From Cenarchaeum sp. (GTDB lineage: Archaea; Thermoproteota; Nitrososphaeria; Nitrososphaerales; Nitrosopumilaceae): a stretch of 64,000 bases of DNA. The notes beneath the pieces were generated by a model that ran no database searches, had not been told where the DNA came from, and saw only the letters and a program-made list of their open reading frames with translations. Position 1 is the first letter of the stretch, and each line of letters opens with the position of its first letter. Of the stretch, positions 30,211 through 41,321 are shown piece by piece. Location: NCBI GenBank assembly GCA_965212015.1, contig OZ243037.1, positions 1 to 64,000 on the forward strand, in the 5' to 3' direction. Position numbers and translations under genes: made by a program.

Positions 30211-32822
30211 CATCTATTGGAATACTGGACATACAGACCTTCATCATTATCCACACTGTCTGCAACAAACCTGTCAAATGTGATTAAAAGTGGCCTTGAT
30301 GTGTCAAGTTGTCTGTTCAGTGTCATAATACAGTCGGTGTCACAGTCATTTGAGGCAGCAACAGTGTTTGTGCGCCTGTTTTCCCTTGGTACATCCTCAT
30401 CTGGGGATGCTATATTCCAATCTTTATCCCCCGATAACACCCAGCTATCCAGATCATCAAAAACATCAGAATAAGATCTGGTTGGTGGAATTTCAGGTGG
30501 AAGGGAGTCAGAGATAATGGTATTTAATTGAAATATATTATCTAATGAAGGTCGGCCATTAGCGTCCCAATTGGACTTGAAATTGTCGATATTTCTAATT
30601 AGGGGTTCGTTACGATTGTTAAAGACGTTCCAGACTTCAGAAACACTTCGATCAAGGGAATCCTGATTCTCATTGGTTCTATCAATAATATCATAAAGCG
30701 CGGCAGCCACGTTACCTTCCTGATTGCCATCAACAAAATCCTTATTTGCAAATATTGGATCTCGTGTTTCTGTATTGCCTCTTGTCTCAAAATTCCATTG
30801 TCCCAACATATAGTTTGGCTGGTAAATCGGATTTTCATCATATGCTATTGCCATAAAAAAAGCCCAACCTTCGGTCCATGCACATAGAGGCCCGCTGTCG
30901 TGAACTGGCGAATGTATTGATCCATCCTCACCGGTACGGCCACAATCATGGCTCACAATTTGCGCGTCTCGATTCAGATAAATCTGGTTTTGGACTTGAT
31001 GGGCATATTCGTGTCTGAGCGTGTGTGGGTTTTCCAGTGCCGAAATAGGATTTACCATTGCTGAGATAGGACTATGACATGGCACACCGAATGTACTGTG
31101 ACTTTCTTCAAGCTCTAAGATGTTACTGCGGGGATTAAGGCCATTGCCCAAACAGGTTCCCGGAGACCAATTTATTATCGATTTGTCTGGAGTATAACTC
31201 AGTTTGTTTTTATACCATTCATTGACAGGCTGCAATGAATTTGTTATGTAACTTGCTCTTGAAGATGGTTCTGTATCCGGTAAATTAATTGTACCATAAT
31301 TATGAATCGGGCCAGATATGTTCATTCGAGGGCTAGAAGAATCAGGAATATAATGAATCAATGTTGGTAAACCACGTGTTATGTCCATAAGTTGAGGATG
31401 GTTTTGGTAATATATAATTCTAAAATCATCTGTATCAAATTGAGCTATTGCCATAATATCGGGAGTAGTGGGCCCTCCCTGCAAGTCTCTCAAAAATGTG
31501 GGAATTCTAAAATTTCCATTAATGTTTGTGACGTCACATGCCGGTGTGACGCCATTCATAATCTGCCTAGGATCAGGAACATTTGGATCGTCGGACACGT
31601 CAAATAAGCAAACATTTACACCGTGCACAGGAACTCGGACATTATCCCGATTTGTAAAAACAACCTGCCCGTTGACAATAGCAAGATTAGGCATGGATTG
31701 CCCAAACGCATTTGGCAGTATCCAATTCAAAGCAGGGTTAAACGACTGCGTGCCTGTTCTATACTCGGGATAGGCATCCAAAAATCCCTCCGCGTACGTG
31801 TCATTTAGTCCTAATCTCCGGATAATCTCGACTGGGTCATGACCCTTGAATTCATCCTCCAATATTTCGACTATCCATTCAAACGGGACATCGTAACTTG
31901 TCCTGCTAGTATCAGTCGTTGCATTTGGAGCATAGTCAAGTTTTTTGTTCCATCCCCATATATAATATTGTTTTGGCGCGTTTTCATCAGTCTGACCGGA
32001 GGCAAATTCGGTGGTAGATAGATTCACAATAGATCCGTTAAAATCAGTATAGATCACAACCCCACCTCCAAGTCCTACGGAATGGGTTGTTGCAGGAGAG
32101 ATGGAAAAGAAACCCGAGTCATACTGGTAATAGTCATCCGTTATAGGCTCGTGAATTGCCATCTGAATGGTCATTGGCTCGCCTTTGAATTCGAATTCGG
32201 CAGAATGATGTGCATATATATAATATGGCGGATAGAAACGTGTATTCAAAACCTTGGTCACATATGAAACATTGGGGCCCGGGAATTCATAGTTTGCCGA
32301 AGATAGAACGAGATAGAAGTGATTGATAGGACAAACTTTGTCCCATATTTCTTTTGCAGTGTCATATTCTCTATTGTATTTTGTGTTGAATTCATCGATT
32401 TGTTCCTGCGTCAGATCATATGATGATGTTATGGTGACATCAAAGATTTCACCAATATTTACTGAACGTGGTAATGATAATTCAGTGGAGCTAGGAAGTA
32501 TGCAGTATGGTAATTTGCCGAGTTCAGCAATACTAGATATGCTGTCAGATGCTAGCGGCAAAGATGTCGCAGTAATTCTTGAATTATCACTGTTTTCACT
32601 ATTGAAATATGTGGATTCATTTTCAAGTGTAGTAATGGTTTTTGCGGTCCATCCCCTCTCCAAGAGTGTGGCAAACGTATCATCAAAGACGCAGGCCGTT
32701 TTTCCACTTGGCGATTGTATGGGATTTTTGTCCTCGCTGCACCGTACGGCAGATGCATCGGGTATGGCAATCATCCCTACTGCCAGTATTGCCAGAATTC
32801 CCAAGATTTTGAACATTGTCAT
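30198..32822 (-). pseudogene. N-terminal half of the IS-interrupted giant secreted protein with HExxH zinc-metalloprotease motif
   Basis: Signal peptide, two-Cys ...LLERGW module, HEYAH and downstream AWTEGWA; ORF ends inside the IS end. Confidence 0.85.
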
Positions 32823-32962
32823 TGGATATGATGGGAAATCATGATAGATAAATAAATCGTGACAAGAGGCATTGTCCATTAATTTCACTTTCTGACACAC
32901 TACACAGCAGATTTTTGGATGGTTTTTCCCACTTTGATCCCCTCAGAATTGCCGTTTTCCGG

Positions 32963-33101
32963 ATTGTCGGCAGATTTTGCCGACTTTGCCGACTTGTGGG
33001 CAGGCGTCGGTTTTTCCCCGTCTGCCGGCCTTTTCGGATTGTCGGCATTGTCGGCAGATTTTGCCGACTTTGCCGACTTGTGGGCAGGAGTCGGTTTTTC
33101 C
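32963..33101. repeat. two 55-bp palindromic (REP-like) direct repeats, 32963-33017 and 33047-33101
   Basis: One mismatch between copies; internal hairpin GTCGGCA-GATTT-TGCCGAC; built from TTTGCCGAC 9-mers. Confidence 0.9.
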
Positions 33102-33145
33102 TTAGTAATCTGAAGATCACGATTTTATGAAAGCGGTTAGATCTG

Positions 33146-33394
33146 GTGTCGACGGATCCAAATATCAACACGTCCGGCGCAAACCTCCATGTGTCCAAGG
33201 CGGTTCAGGACGCGTTTGTAAATGTAAACGAGGAGGACACAGAGGCGGCGGCAGTAACTACGGGTGGTATAACACTTGATTCGGCTACACTCGGGCCGAT
33301 ATTTGCCGCAGACCACCCGTTCATATTCATAATTCAGGACGGCGAGAGCGGCACAATACTGTTCATGGGACGGCTATCTGACCCTGCCGCATGA
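33146..33394 (+). pseudogene. serpin C-terminal fragment
   Basis: VSKAVQDAFVNVNEEDTEAAAVT hinge/RCL and FAADHPFIFIIQD..SGTILFMGR serpin signature; N-terminal ~300 aa missing. Confidence 0.9.
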
Positions 33395-33585
33395 GCTTTC
33401 GCAAATTTGTCGTTTTCACCAAAAAACCGCAATCCCCCACTCACGCCATCACAAACCCGACGCATGTGCAAACCCGGACAGGGCGGGAATATCCCGTGAG
33501 ATCCCCCGGGTCCTGTCTTTATGGTTGTGCGCGGGGAATGTCAAAGTTATTATTCCTGACTGTACAAAACACGTGCTGATATAGA

Positions 33586-34038
33586 TTGATGGTCGCACCG
33601 GAGCTAAAAGTGACGCCGCCGCGCCGGCTCTACAGTTTCCAGGATCACGGCGCCGATCTCGCGACAGCTCAGGCGACAGGATACCAGGACATTACGTACT
33701 TCAAGTGCGATGCGACCATGCAAGTCAAGTCCGACGACGCAGTCCGCATAGATTTTTTGCAGGCCGCGCAGGAGATGCGGGGGCTGGGATGGGGGCACAA
33801 CAACCATTTCATCGGCTTTAACAACAACAGAACCGGCGAGTTCGTACAGTTTATGCACTATGGCAGGCTGGAATGGTACGCCGACGTCCCGATAGACAGC
33901 AAGAGCGGCGACTGGAAGGGGTATGTCTGGGGATGCCACACAGACACAGAGTCGGTCCTGAACACACTTGAGCTGTTCTTTGAGGAGGGCCAGTGGTTTG
34001 ACTCGCTTGACTTTGCCATGGGGAGATACAAAAAGTGA
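33586..34038 (+). CDS. hypothetical protein
   Basis: 150-aa ORF with plausible composition, overlapping the next gene (GTGA). Confidence 0.65.
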   Translation: MMVAPELKVTPPRRLYSFQDHGADLATAQATGYQDITYFKCDATMQVKSDDAVRIDFLQAAQEMRGLGWGHNNHFIGFNNNRTGEFVQFMHYGRLEWYADVPIDSKSGDWKGYVWGCHTDTESVLNTLELFFEEGQWFDSLDFAMGRYKK

Positions 34039-34229
34039 CGCGCAAGTGTCCGGAATGCAGCAGCGGTGATGTGGCCGAGATTGTATACGAGTATATGCAC
34101 ATTGACAAGAGGCTGCAAAAGGAGCTAGACGACGGCAGAATCTCACTGGGCGGATGCTGCATCGGCCCCTCTGATCCGCGCTGGAGGTGCAATGCGTGCC
34201 TTCACTCGTGGGGAAAAAGGCCGGACTAG
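34035..34229 (+). CDS. small zinc-ribbon protein
   Basis: CPEC...IVY...LGGCCI...P.W.CNAC...W. Confidence 0.75.
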   Translation: MTRKCPECSSGDVAEIVYEYMHIDKRLQKELDDGRISLGGCCIGPSDPRWRCNACLHSWGKRPD

Positions 34230-34307
34230 CGCGCGCACCGGCGTTTGTGCAAGCGAGGCGGCCGCGTGCCGGGACAGATTTATACCTGAAAGGCAGCGTG
34301 TCTCCCC

Positions 34308-34940
34308 ATGCAGCTCTTGGGCCGGCTGGAGATAAAATCCAAGGACAAAATCATGCGGTTTCTTGGCGAGGAGCACGTAGGCAGGCTCTCCACCGTCGAT
34401 GACAACGGGTACCCGCAGATCATTCCGATGAACTTTGTCTATGTGGACGGTATGGTCTATATGCACTCGCACACGCGGGGCGAAAAGATAGACAATATCA
34501 GAAAAAACCGCAAGGCGGGATTCGAGGCAGACAGGGAGCTAGAGTTTCTGCCGTCGTACTTTGAGGATCCCGCAGATGCGTCGCTGGCAGACACGCTTTA
34601 CATCAGCATAGTAGTCAAGGGTGCGGCAACGCTGGTGGCAGACAGGGCAGAAAAGACGCTTGCGCTAAACGCGCTGATGGCAAAGTACCAGCCGGAGGGC
34701 AGATACGAGCCGGTGCGGCCAGAGATGGGCGTAATTGACGAGGTCGCAATAATCAAGATAACCCCCGAGAGCCTGCGCGGAAAATACAAGATAGGCCAGC
34801 ACCTCTCGCGGGAGCGCCGCGCGGCACTGGCAGGCAAGATCCATGCAAGAAACTCAAAGGGTGCGGCAGAGACCCTCCGGATAATGGGCTTTGCCGTCGA
34901 GGACGGAAGGCTTGTCATGAAAGACGAGCCCGTGTGGTAG
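34308..34940 (+). CDS. pyridoxamine 5'-phosphate oxidase-like (NimA-type) flavin-binding protein
   Basis: GRLST....PQIIPMNFV...YMHS...GEK split-barrel motif. Confidence 0.85.
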   Translation: MQLLGRLEIKSKDKIMRFLGEEHVGRLSTVDDNGYPQIIPMNFVYVDGMVYMHSHTRGEKIDNIRKNRKAGFEADRELEFLPSYFEDPADASLADTLYISIVVKGAATLVADRAEKTLALNALMAKYQPEGRYEPVRPEMGVIDEVAIIKITPESLRGKYKIGQHLSRERRAALAGKIHARNSKGAAETLRIMGFAVEDGRLVMKDEPVW

Positions 34941-34982
34941 CTGCCAATTGCTTTAAATTCCTTTTTTTGACATTCATTACAG

Positions 34983-36932
34983 TTGCAAGCCCAAAAATTC
35001 GAGATCGCATCTGACTTTGAGCCCAAGGGGGATCAGCCGCAGGCAATCGACATGCTGGTCCGGGGGGTGAAGGCCAAAAAAATCCAGACGCTGCTGGGGG
35101 TGACCGGCTCTGGAAAGACGTTCACCGTGGCAAATGCGATCGCGCGCACCGGAAAGAACACGCTTGTAATATCGCACAACAAGACGCTTGCAGCACAGCT
35201 GTACGCCGAGCTAAAGCAGTTCTTTCCCAAAAACAACGTGGGCTATTTTGTCTCGTACTATGACTATTACCAGCCTGAGAGCTATATAGCGCAGACTGAC
35301 ACATACATCGAAAAGGACACGCAGATAAACGAGCAGATTGAAAAGATGAGGCTAGAGTCCACTGCCATGCTGCTCTCAAAAGAGCCCACCATTATAGTCT
35401 CCACCGTCTCTTGCATCTATTCGCTGGGAAACCCAGTGGACTGGGAGGACATGGCCATAACGGTCCGGCGCGGCGCCACGATCGGCCGCGAGGAGCTGAT
35501 AAAAAGGCTGGTATCTGCCAGGTACGAGCGCAACGAGACTGAGCTGACGCCGGGAAGCTTTAGATCAAAGGGCGACACGATAGACGTCATACCGGCATAC
35601 TCGCAGGACATAGTCCGGATTGCGCTGTTTGGCGACGAGATTGAAAAAATATCCGTCCTGGACTGCATTACTCACAATGAAAAAAACAGCCCAGGGCAGT
35701 TCAAAATATTTCCCGCAAAGCACTATCTGATTGCAAAGGACGTGCGCAAAAGGGCGCTAAAGTCGATCAGGGCGGAGCTAAAGTCCAGGCTTCCGGAGCT
35801 AAGGGAGCTCGAAAGGCAGAGGCTGGAGATGAGGACCAGATACGATCTCGAGATGATCGAGGAGCTCGGATACTGCTCTGGAATAGAAAACTATTCCCGG
35901 CATTTTGACGCAAGGAGCCCCGGCGAGCAGGCGTTCTGCCTGATGGATTTTTTCGGGGAGGATTTTTTGCTGGTCATAGACGAGTCGCACGTGACCCTGC
36001 CGCAGCTTCACGGCATGTACAAGGGCGACCATTCAAGAAAGAGGGAGCTTGTGACGTACGGCTTTAGGCTTCCAAGCGCGTACGACAACAGGCCATTAAA
36101 GTTCGAAGAGTTCGAGCGGTACCTCGGAAACACGATATTCGTCTCTGCCACGCCGTCTGAATACGAGCGCAAAATGTCATACCGTACAGTCGAGCAGCTG
36201 GTGCGGCCCACGGGGCTGACAGACCCCGCAGTCGAGACCAGATCCACAAAAAACCAGATGGACGATCTGGTGTCAGAGATCGGAAAAAGGGCGCAAAAAA
36301 ACGAGCGCGTACTAGTCACCACCCTGACAAAAAGAATGGCAGAAGATCTCACAGAATACCTTGCAAAAAAACAAGTCAGGGCCAGATACATGCACTCTGA
36401 GATCGAGGGGCTGCAAAGGACAGAGCTGCTCAGGCAGCTGCGGCTAGGCGAGTTTGACGTCCTGGTGGGAATCAACCTGCTGCGGGAGGGACTCGACATC
36501 CCCGAGGTGTCCCTGGTCGCCATTCTTGACGCCAACAAGGAGGGGTTTTTGCGCAACTTTACCAGCCTGATTCAGACGTTTGGACGGGCGGCAAGAAACG
36601 TAAACGGACAGGTGATAATGTACGCAGATTCCGTCACCGATTCGATGAAAAACGCAATCCGCGAGACCCAGAGAAGAAAGCAGAGGCAGCTCCGGTACAA
36701 CAGGGAGCACAACATTACCCCGCAGACGATAACAAAGACTGTCCCGCAGCAGACCGTAGCGCTTGATGACATCAAACACAAGTCCTCGCACGATCTGAGC
36801 CGCGACGTAATCGAGCTAGACGCGCTGATGAGAAAATACGCAGAAGATCTCGACTTTGAGAGGGCCATCGAGTGCCGCGACAGGGCAAAAAGGATACAGC
36901 AGGAGATTGGGAGGAAAAATGAGGCAAGATAA
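34983..36932 (+). CDS. uvrB: excinuclease ABC subunit B
   Basis: [36 protein letters not shown]-terminal UVR domain. Confidence 0.98.
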   Translation: MQAQKFEIASDFEPKGDQPQAIDMLVRGVKAKKIQTLLGVTGSGKTFTVANAIARTGKNTLVISHNKTLAAQLYAELKQFFPKNNVGYFVSYYDYYQPESYIAQTDTYIEKDTQINEQIEKMRLESTAMLLSKEPTIIVSTVSCIYSLGNPVDWEDMAITVRRGATIGREELIKRLVSARYERNETELTPGSFRSKGDTIDVIPAYSQDIVRIALFGDEIEKISVLDCITHNEKNSPGQFKIFPAKHYLIAKDVRKRALKSIRAELKSRLPELRELERQRLEMRTRYDLEMIEELGYCSGIENYSRHFDARSPGEQAFCLMDFFGEDFLLVIDESHVTLPQLHGMYKGDHSRKRELVTYGFRLPSAYDNRPLKFEEFERYLGNTIFVSATPSEYERKMSYRTVEQLVRPTGLTDPAVETRSTKNQMDDLVSEIGKRAQKNERVLVTTLTKRMAEDLTEYLAKKQVRARYMHSEIEGLQRTELLRQLRLGEFDVLVGINLLREGLDIPEVSLVAILDANKEGFLRNFTSLIQTFGRAARNVNGQVIMYADSVTDSMKNAIRETQRRKQRQLRYNREHNITPQTITKTVPQQTVALDDIKHKSSHDLSRDVIELDALMRKYAEDLDFERAIECRDRAKRIQQEIGRKNEAR

Positions 36933-39744
36933 GCTAAAAATCCGCGGCGCCAGGCACCACAACCTCAAGAACCTGGATCTTGACATCCCAAAAAACAAGC
37001 TAGTAGTCATCAGCGGCCTGTCAGGTTCCGGCAAGTCCACGCTTGCCTTTGACACGATATACGCCGAGGGGCAGCGCCGGTACGTCGAGTCGCTCTCTGC
37101 GTATGCGAGGCAGTTTCTGGAAATGATGGACAAGCCAGACGTGGATTCCATCGAGGGCCTGAGCCCGGCCATATCGATACAGCAAAAGACCACAAGCAAG
37201 AACCCGCGCTCGACTGTGGGTACGACTACGGAGATTTACGACTATATGCGGCTGCTTTTTGCAAGGATTGGAGTACCGCACTGTACAAACTGCGGCAAAA
37301 AGATATCGAGCCAGTCCGCAGAGACCATCAGCGATTCCGTCCTGAGGGACTTTGGGGGCAAAAAGATAATGGTACTCTCGCCCATAGTCCGGCGCAAAAA
37401 GGGCACGTATGAAAAGCTGCTAGAGCAGGTAAGGCGCGACGGATACTCCCGCATCAGGATAGACGGCGAGGTGTTTGTACTGGGGGAAAAGATTCCGCCG
37501 ATGAACCGGCAGAAATGGCACGACATTGAGCTAGTAGTCGACCGGCTGCAGGCAGAAAAGTCGCAGAAATCAAGGCTCTTTGAGGGGGTGCAGACTGCCA
37601 TAAAGTCCTCCAAGGGATACGTCATGATAGCTGCAGACGGTCAGAGCAGGACGTTCTCGCAGAACAATGCGTGCCCGTACTGCGGCATAACAATCGGGGA
37701 GCTGGAGCCGCGGACGTTTTCCTTCAACTCGCCGTTTGGAATGTGCGGCGCGTGCAACGGCCTTGGCATAAAGATGGAGTTTGATGCCGACCTTGTAATC
37801 CCTGACAGGTCAAAGTCGATAATGGACGGGGCAATCGTGCCGTGGAGCGGGCGGTTCTCGTCGTTTAGGAGGCAGTCGCTGCGCTCGGTGGGAAAAAAGT
37901 TCGGCTTTGATCTAATGACGCCGATAAAAAAAATCAGGGCAAAACACCTGAGGATAGTGCTGTATGGTACGGACGAGCTCATCGATTTTGACTATCGCAC
38001 GAAATCCGGCGACTCGTCGTGGCAGTACAGGGACGGCTTTGAGGGCGTCATTGAAAACCTGCAGAGGGTGTTCATGGAGACAGAGTCGGAGCCAAAAAGG
38101 GACTGGCTCAAGCAGTTCATGAGGGACACGCCGTGCAACGCCTGCGGCGGCAAAAAGCTAAAGCCGGAGGCACTCGCAGTAAGGATCGGCACCCGGAACA
38201 TAATGGACGTCTGCGACCTCTCAATTGACCAGTGCCACGATTTTTTCGGCGATCTCAAGCTCACCGATACTGAGCAGTACATAGCGCAGGACGTCCTCAA
38301 GGAGATAAAGGAAAGGCTGGAATTTTTGAAAAACGTGGGGCTGAACTATCTGACGCTCAACAGGTCGAGTGCGACGCTGTCCGGCGGCGAGTCGCAGAGA
38401 ATCAGGCTTGCCACGCAGATAGGATCAAACCTGACCGGCGTGCTGTACGTGCTAGACGAGCCCACCATAGGGCTGCACCAGAGGGACAACCTGCGTCTGA
38501 TAAAGACGCTCACAAAGCTGCGCAACCTTGGAAACACCGTAATCATTGTAGAGCACGACGAGGAGATTATACGGAGCTCCGACTGGATAGTGGATCTGGG
38601 GCCCGGCGCGGGCGTCAACGGGGGCGGCATAGTCTTTGAGGGGACGGTCCGGCAGATAGTAAACGGCCGGGACTCTGTCACGGGAAAATACCTAAAGGAC
38701 AAGTCCCTCATCAACCTGACTGGCAAAAAAAGAACACAGTCCGGGACGATCACAGTCAAAAAGGCCCACGAGAACAATCTCAAAAAAATCGACGTAGAGT
38801 TCCCGCTGGGGCTGTTCGTTGCCGTCACCGGCGTCTCGGGATCCGGAAAATCCACGCTTGTCAACGAGATACTGCTAAAGTCCCTCGAGGCCAAGCTGTA
38901 CAAGGGCGCCAAAAAGCCCGGCAGGCACGAGGGGATTGCCGGCGCAGAAGACATCGACAAGGTAATCGCAATAGACCAGTCCCCAATAGGAAGGACGCCG
39001 CGATCGAATCCTGCCACGTACATCGGGGCCTTTACGCCGATAAGGGACCTGTACTCAAGTACTGAGCTCTCAAAGGAGCGCGGATACGCGCCGGGCCAGT
39101 TCTCCTTTAACGTGGCAGCCGGCAGGTGCTTTGCGTGCGAGGGCGACGGCGTAAAGCAGATAGAGATGCAGTTTCTCTCCGACGTCTATGTAAAGTGCGA
39201 CGAGTGCAAGGGAAAAAGATACAACTCTGAGACGCTGGCAGTAATGTACAAGGGAAAAAACATTGCCGACATACTGGACATGACTGCGCACGAGGCGCTA
39301 AAGTTCTTTGAGAACGTCCCGTCGATAAGCCGCAAGCTGCAGACGGTCCACGACGTGGGACTGGGATACATCAAGCTCGGACAGTCATCTACGACGCTCT
39401 CCGGCGGCGAGGCGCAGCGCGTAAAGCTGTCCACTGAGCTCTCAAAAAGGAGCACGGGGCGGACCGTATACATACTGGACGAGCCCACCACCGGCCTGCA
39501 CTTTGCCGACGTCCAAAAGCTGCTAGACGTCCTCAACCGGCTGGTAAACATGGGCAACACCGTGATTGTAATCGAGCACAATATGGACGTGATAAAAAAC
39601 TCTGACTGGATAATCGATCTTGGCCCCGAGGGCGGGGACGGCGGGGGGCAGATAGTGGCCGAAGGCACGCCTGCGCAGATTGCAGGCGCCTCTAAAAGCC
39701 ACACGGGAAGATACCTCAAAAAATTCATGCGAAATGGCCTTTGA
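36919..39744 (+). CDS. uvrA: excinuclease ABC subunit A
   Basis: Two ABC ATPase modules ([21 protein letters not shown]) and zinc fingers; ATG at 36919. Confidence 0.98.
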   Translation: MRQDKLKIRGARHHNLKNLDLDIPKNKLVVISGLSGSGKSTLAFDTIYAEGQRRYVESLSAYARQFLEMMDKPDVDSIEGLSPAISIQQKTTSKNPRSTVGTTTEIYDYMRLLFARIGVPHCTNCGKKISSQSAETISDSVLRDFGGKKIMVLSPIVRRKKGTYEKLLEQVRRDGYSRIRIDGEVFVLGEKIPPMNRQKWHDIELVVDRLQAEKSQKSRLFEGVQTAIKSSKGYVMIAADGQSRTFSQNNACPYCGITIGELEPRTFSFNSPFGMCGACNGLGIKMEFDADLVIPDRSKSIMDGAIVPWSGRFSSFRRQSLRSVGKKFGFDLMTPIKKIRAKHLRIVLYGTDELIDFDYRTKSGDSSWQYRDGFEGVIENLQRVFMETESEPKRDWLKQFMRDTPCNACGGKKLKPEALAVRIGTRNIMDVCDLSIDQCHDFFGDLKLTDTEQYIAQDVLKEIKERLEFLKNVGLNYLTLNRSSATLSGGESQRIRLATQIGSNLTGVLYVLDEPTIGLHQRDNLRLIKTLTKLRNLGNTVIIVEHDEEIIRSSDWIVDLGPGAGVNGGGIVFEGTVRQIVNGRDSVTGKYLKDKSLINLTGKKRTQSGTITVKKAHENNLKKIDVEFPLGLFVAVTGVSGSGKSTLVNEILLKSLEAKLYKGAKKPGRHEGIAGAEDIDKVIAIDQSPIGRTPRSNPATYIGAFTPIRDLYSSTELSKERGYAPGQFSFNVAAGRCFACEGDGVKQIEMQFLSDVYVKCDECKGKRYNSETLAVMYKGKNIADILDMTAHEALKFFENVPSISRKLQTVHDVGLGYIKLGQSSTTLSGGEAQRVKLSTELSKRSTGRTVYILDEPTTGLHFADVQKLLDVLNRLVNMGNTVIVIEHNMDVIKNSDWIIDLGPEGGDGGGQIVAEGTPAQIAGASKSHTGRYLKKFMRNGL

Positions 39745-41314
39745 CATAACAAGGACTGCAATCCCCAGTCATCCGGGCGTGTACCTGATGAAGGACGGCT
39801 GTGACAAAATCATATACATCGGCAAGGCAAAAAACCTCAAAAACCGCGTAAGGTCGTACTTTGTAAAGAACCAGAACTACAAGACAGAAAAGCTGGTCCA
39901 AAAGATATCCGACATTGAGTTCGTCCTGACTGACACCGAAAACGAGGCCTTTCTCCTGGAATCGAACCTGATAAAGCGGTACCGTCCAATGTACAACATT
40001 GAGCTCAAAGACCAGCAGCGCTACACCTACCTGAGGGTGACTGACGAAAAATACCCGCGGCTCCTGGTCACGAGAAGGATGAGGACCGGCAAGTTCGTCG
40101 GCACGGGCAGGATTTACGGGCCGTTTGTGCGCGGCAGCTCAAAGCTGCTGACTGTGGGCATGCTGCGCAAGTCCTTCAAGATCAGAATCTGCAAGACGCT
40201 CCCCAAAAAGGCGTGCCTAGAGTACCACCTGGGCAACTGCGAGGCGCCGTGCGAGTTTGCCGGCGCGCAGGAGAGCTATCCAAAAAACGTATCGGAGCTC
40301 GAGTCAATCCTGAAGGGAAAGCAAAAGATGCGGGACTATATCGCAAAGCTCAAAGGCGAGATGAGCCGCGCCTCTGACTCGCTAGAGTTCGAAAGGGCAA
40401 TGGAGATCCGCGACACCCTGAACCGGCTGGGCGGCCTGCACGGCGAGCAGAAAATGGAGTACATCCGGGACGCGCCAGACGAGGACTATTTCGGAGTCAG
40501 AACGGAGAATCAGACCGCACTGGTAATGTCCCTCAAGCAGACAAACGGGGTAATTCGTGACAGGGAGCGCTTTTCGTTTGACCTGGTCGCAGACAATACG
40601 TTTTCAAACTTTCTATACCAGTACTATACCACGCAAAAGATTCCCCGCTTTGTCATTGTCAGCCAGGCCCCCGACAAAAAGGCGGTCCTGGAAAAAATGC
40701 TTGCAAAAAGCGCAGGCCACGCAGTATCCATAGTGGTGCCGGCGCGCGGAAAGCGCAAAAAACTGATGGACCTGGTGCTCAAAAACATCGACCTGATACA
40801 GTCCGGGGGCGCAGAGCCTGCGCTAACCGGGCTGCAAGAGCTGCTCGGACTTGGGGCGGTTCCGCGCATCATGGAGTGCTTTGATGTCTCAAACCACGGC
40901 TCTGACTATGCAGTCGGCGCAATGTCGCGCTTTGTCGACGGGGCGCCTGACAGGGGGGGATACCGCAGATTCAAGATAAGGACGGTAAGGGGGCGGGACG
41001 ACTATGCAATGATGTCCGAAATCATACGGCGCAGGTATCTCCGGCTGCTCGATGAGCGCTCGCAGATGCCTGATCTGGTTGTTGTTGACGGCGGCGCGGG
41101 GCACCTAGAGTGCGCACTGCAGTCGCTGCGCGGAATTTCACTCAGTCTAATGTGCGTATCGCTTGCAAAGAAAAACGAGCAGGTGTTTGTGCCGGGGCGA
41201 AAAGACCCGCTGGTAATTTCGCGCCGTGATCCGTCGCTTCAGATTATACAGCACATGCGTGACGAGGCGCACAGGTTCGGCGTCGCATACAACAGAAAGC
41301 TGCGCAAAATCTAG
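39734..41314 (+). CDS. uvrC: excinuclease ABC subunit C
   Basis: GIY-YIG (PGVY...IYIGKAKNL..RV.SY), ECFDVS, DDYA, VDGG, RDEAHRF. Confidence 0.97.
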   Translation: MAFDITRTAIPSHPGVYLMKDGCDKIIYIGKAKNLKNRVRSYFVKNQNYKTEKLVQKISDIEFVLTDTENEAFLLESNLIKRYRPMYNIELKDQQRYTYLRVTDEKYPRLLVTRRMRTGKFVGTGRIYGPFVRGSSKLLTVGMLRKSFKIRICKTLPKKACLEYHLGNCEAPCEFAGAQESYPKNVSELESILKGKQKMRDYIAKLKGEMSRASDSLEFERAMEIRDTLNRLGGLHGEQKMEYIRDAPDEDYFGVRTENQTALVMSLKQTNGVIRDRERFSFDLVADNTFSNFLYQYYTTQKIPRFVIVSQAPDKKAVLEKMLAKSAGHAVSIVVPARGKRKKLMDLVLKNIDLIQSGGAEPALTGLQELLGLGAVPRIMECFDVSNHGSDYAVGAMSRFVDGAPDRGGYRRFKIRTVRGRDDYAMMSEIIRRRYLRLLDERSQMPDLVVVDGGAGHLECALQSLRGISLSLMCVSLAKKNEQVFVPGRKDPLVISRRDPSLQIIQHMRDEAHRFGVAYNRKLRKI

Positions 41315-41321
41315 CATTATA

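Noticed and set aside
32839-33198. ORFs with repeated peptides (RLPTSRQSRQNLPT; also LSTLLT at 20789-21046)
   Set aside because: Translations of non-coding repeats, open in several frames
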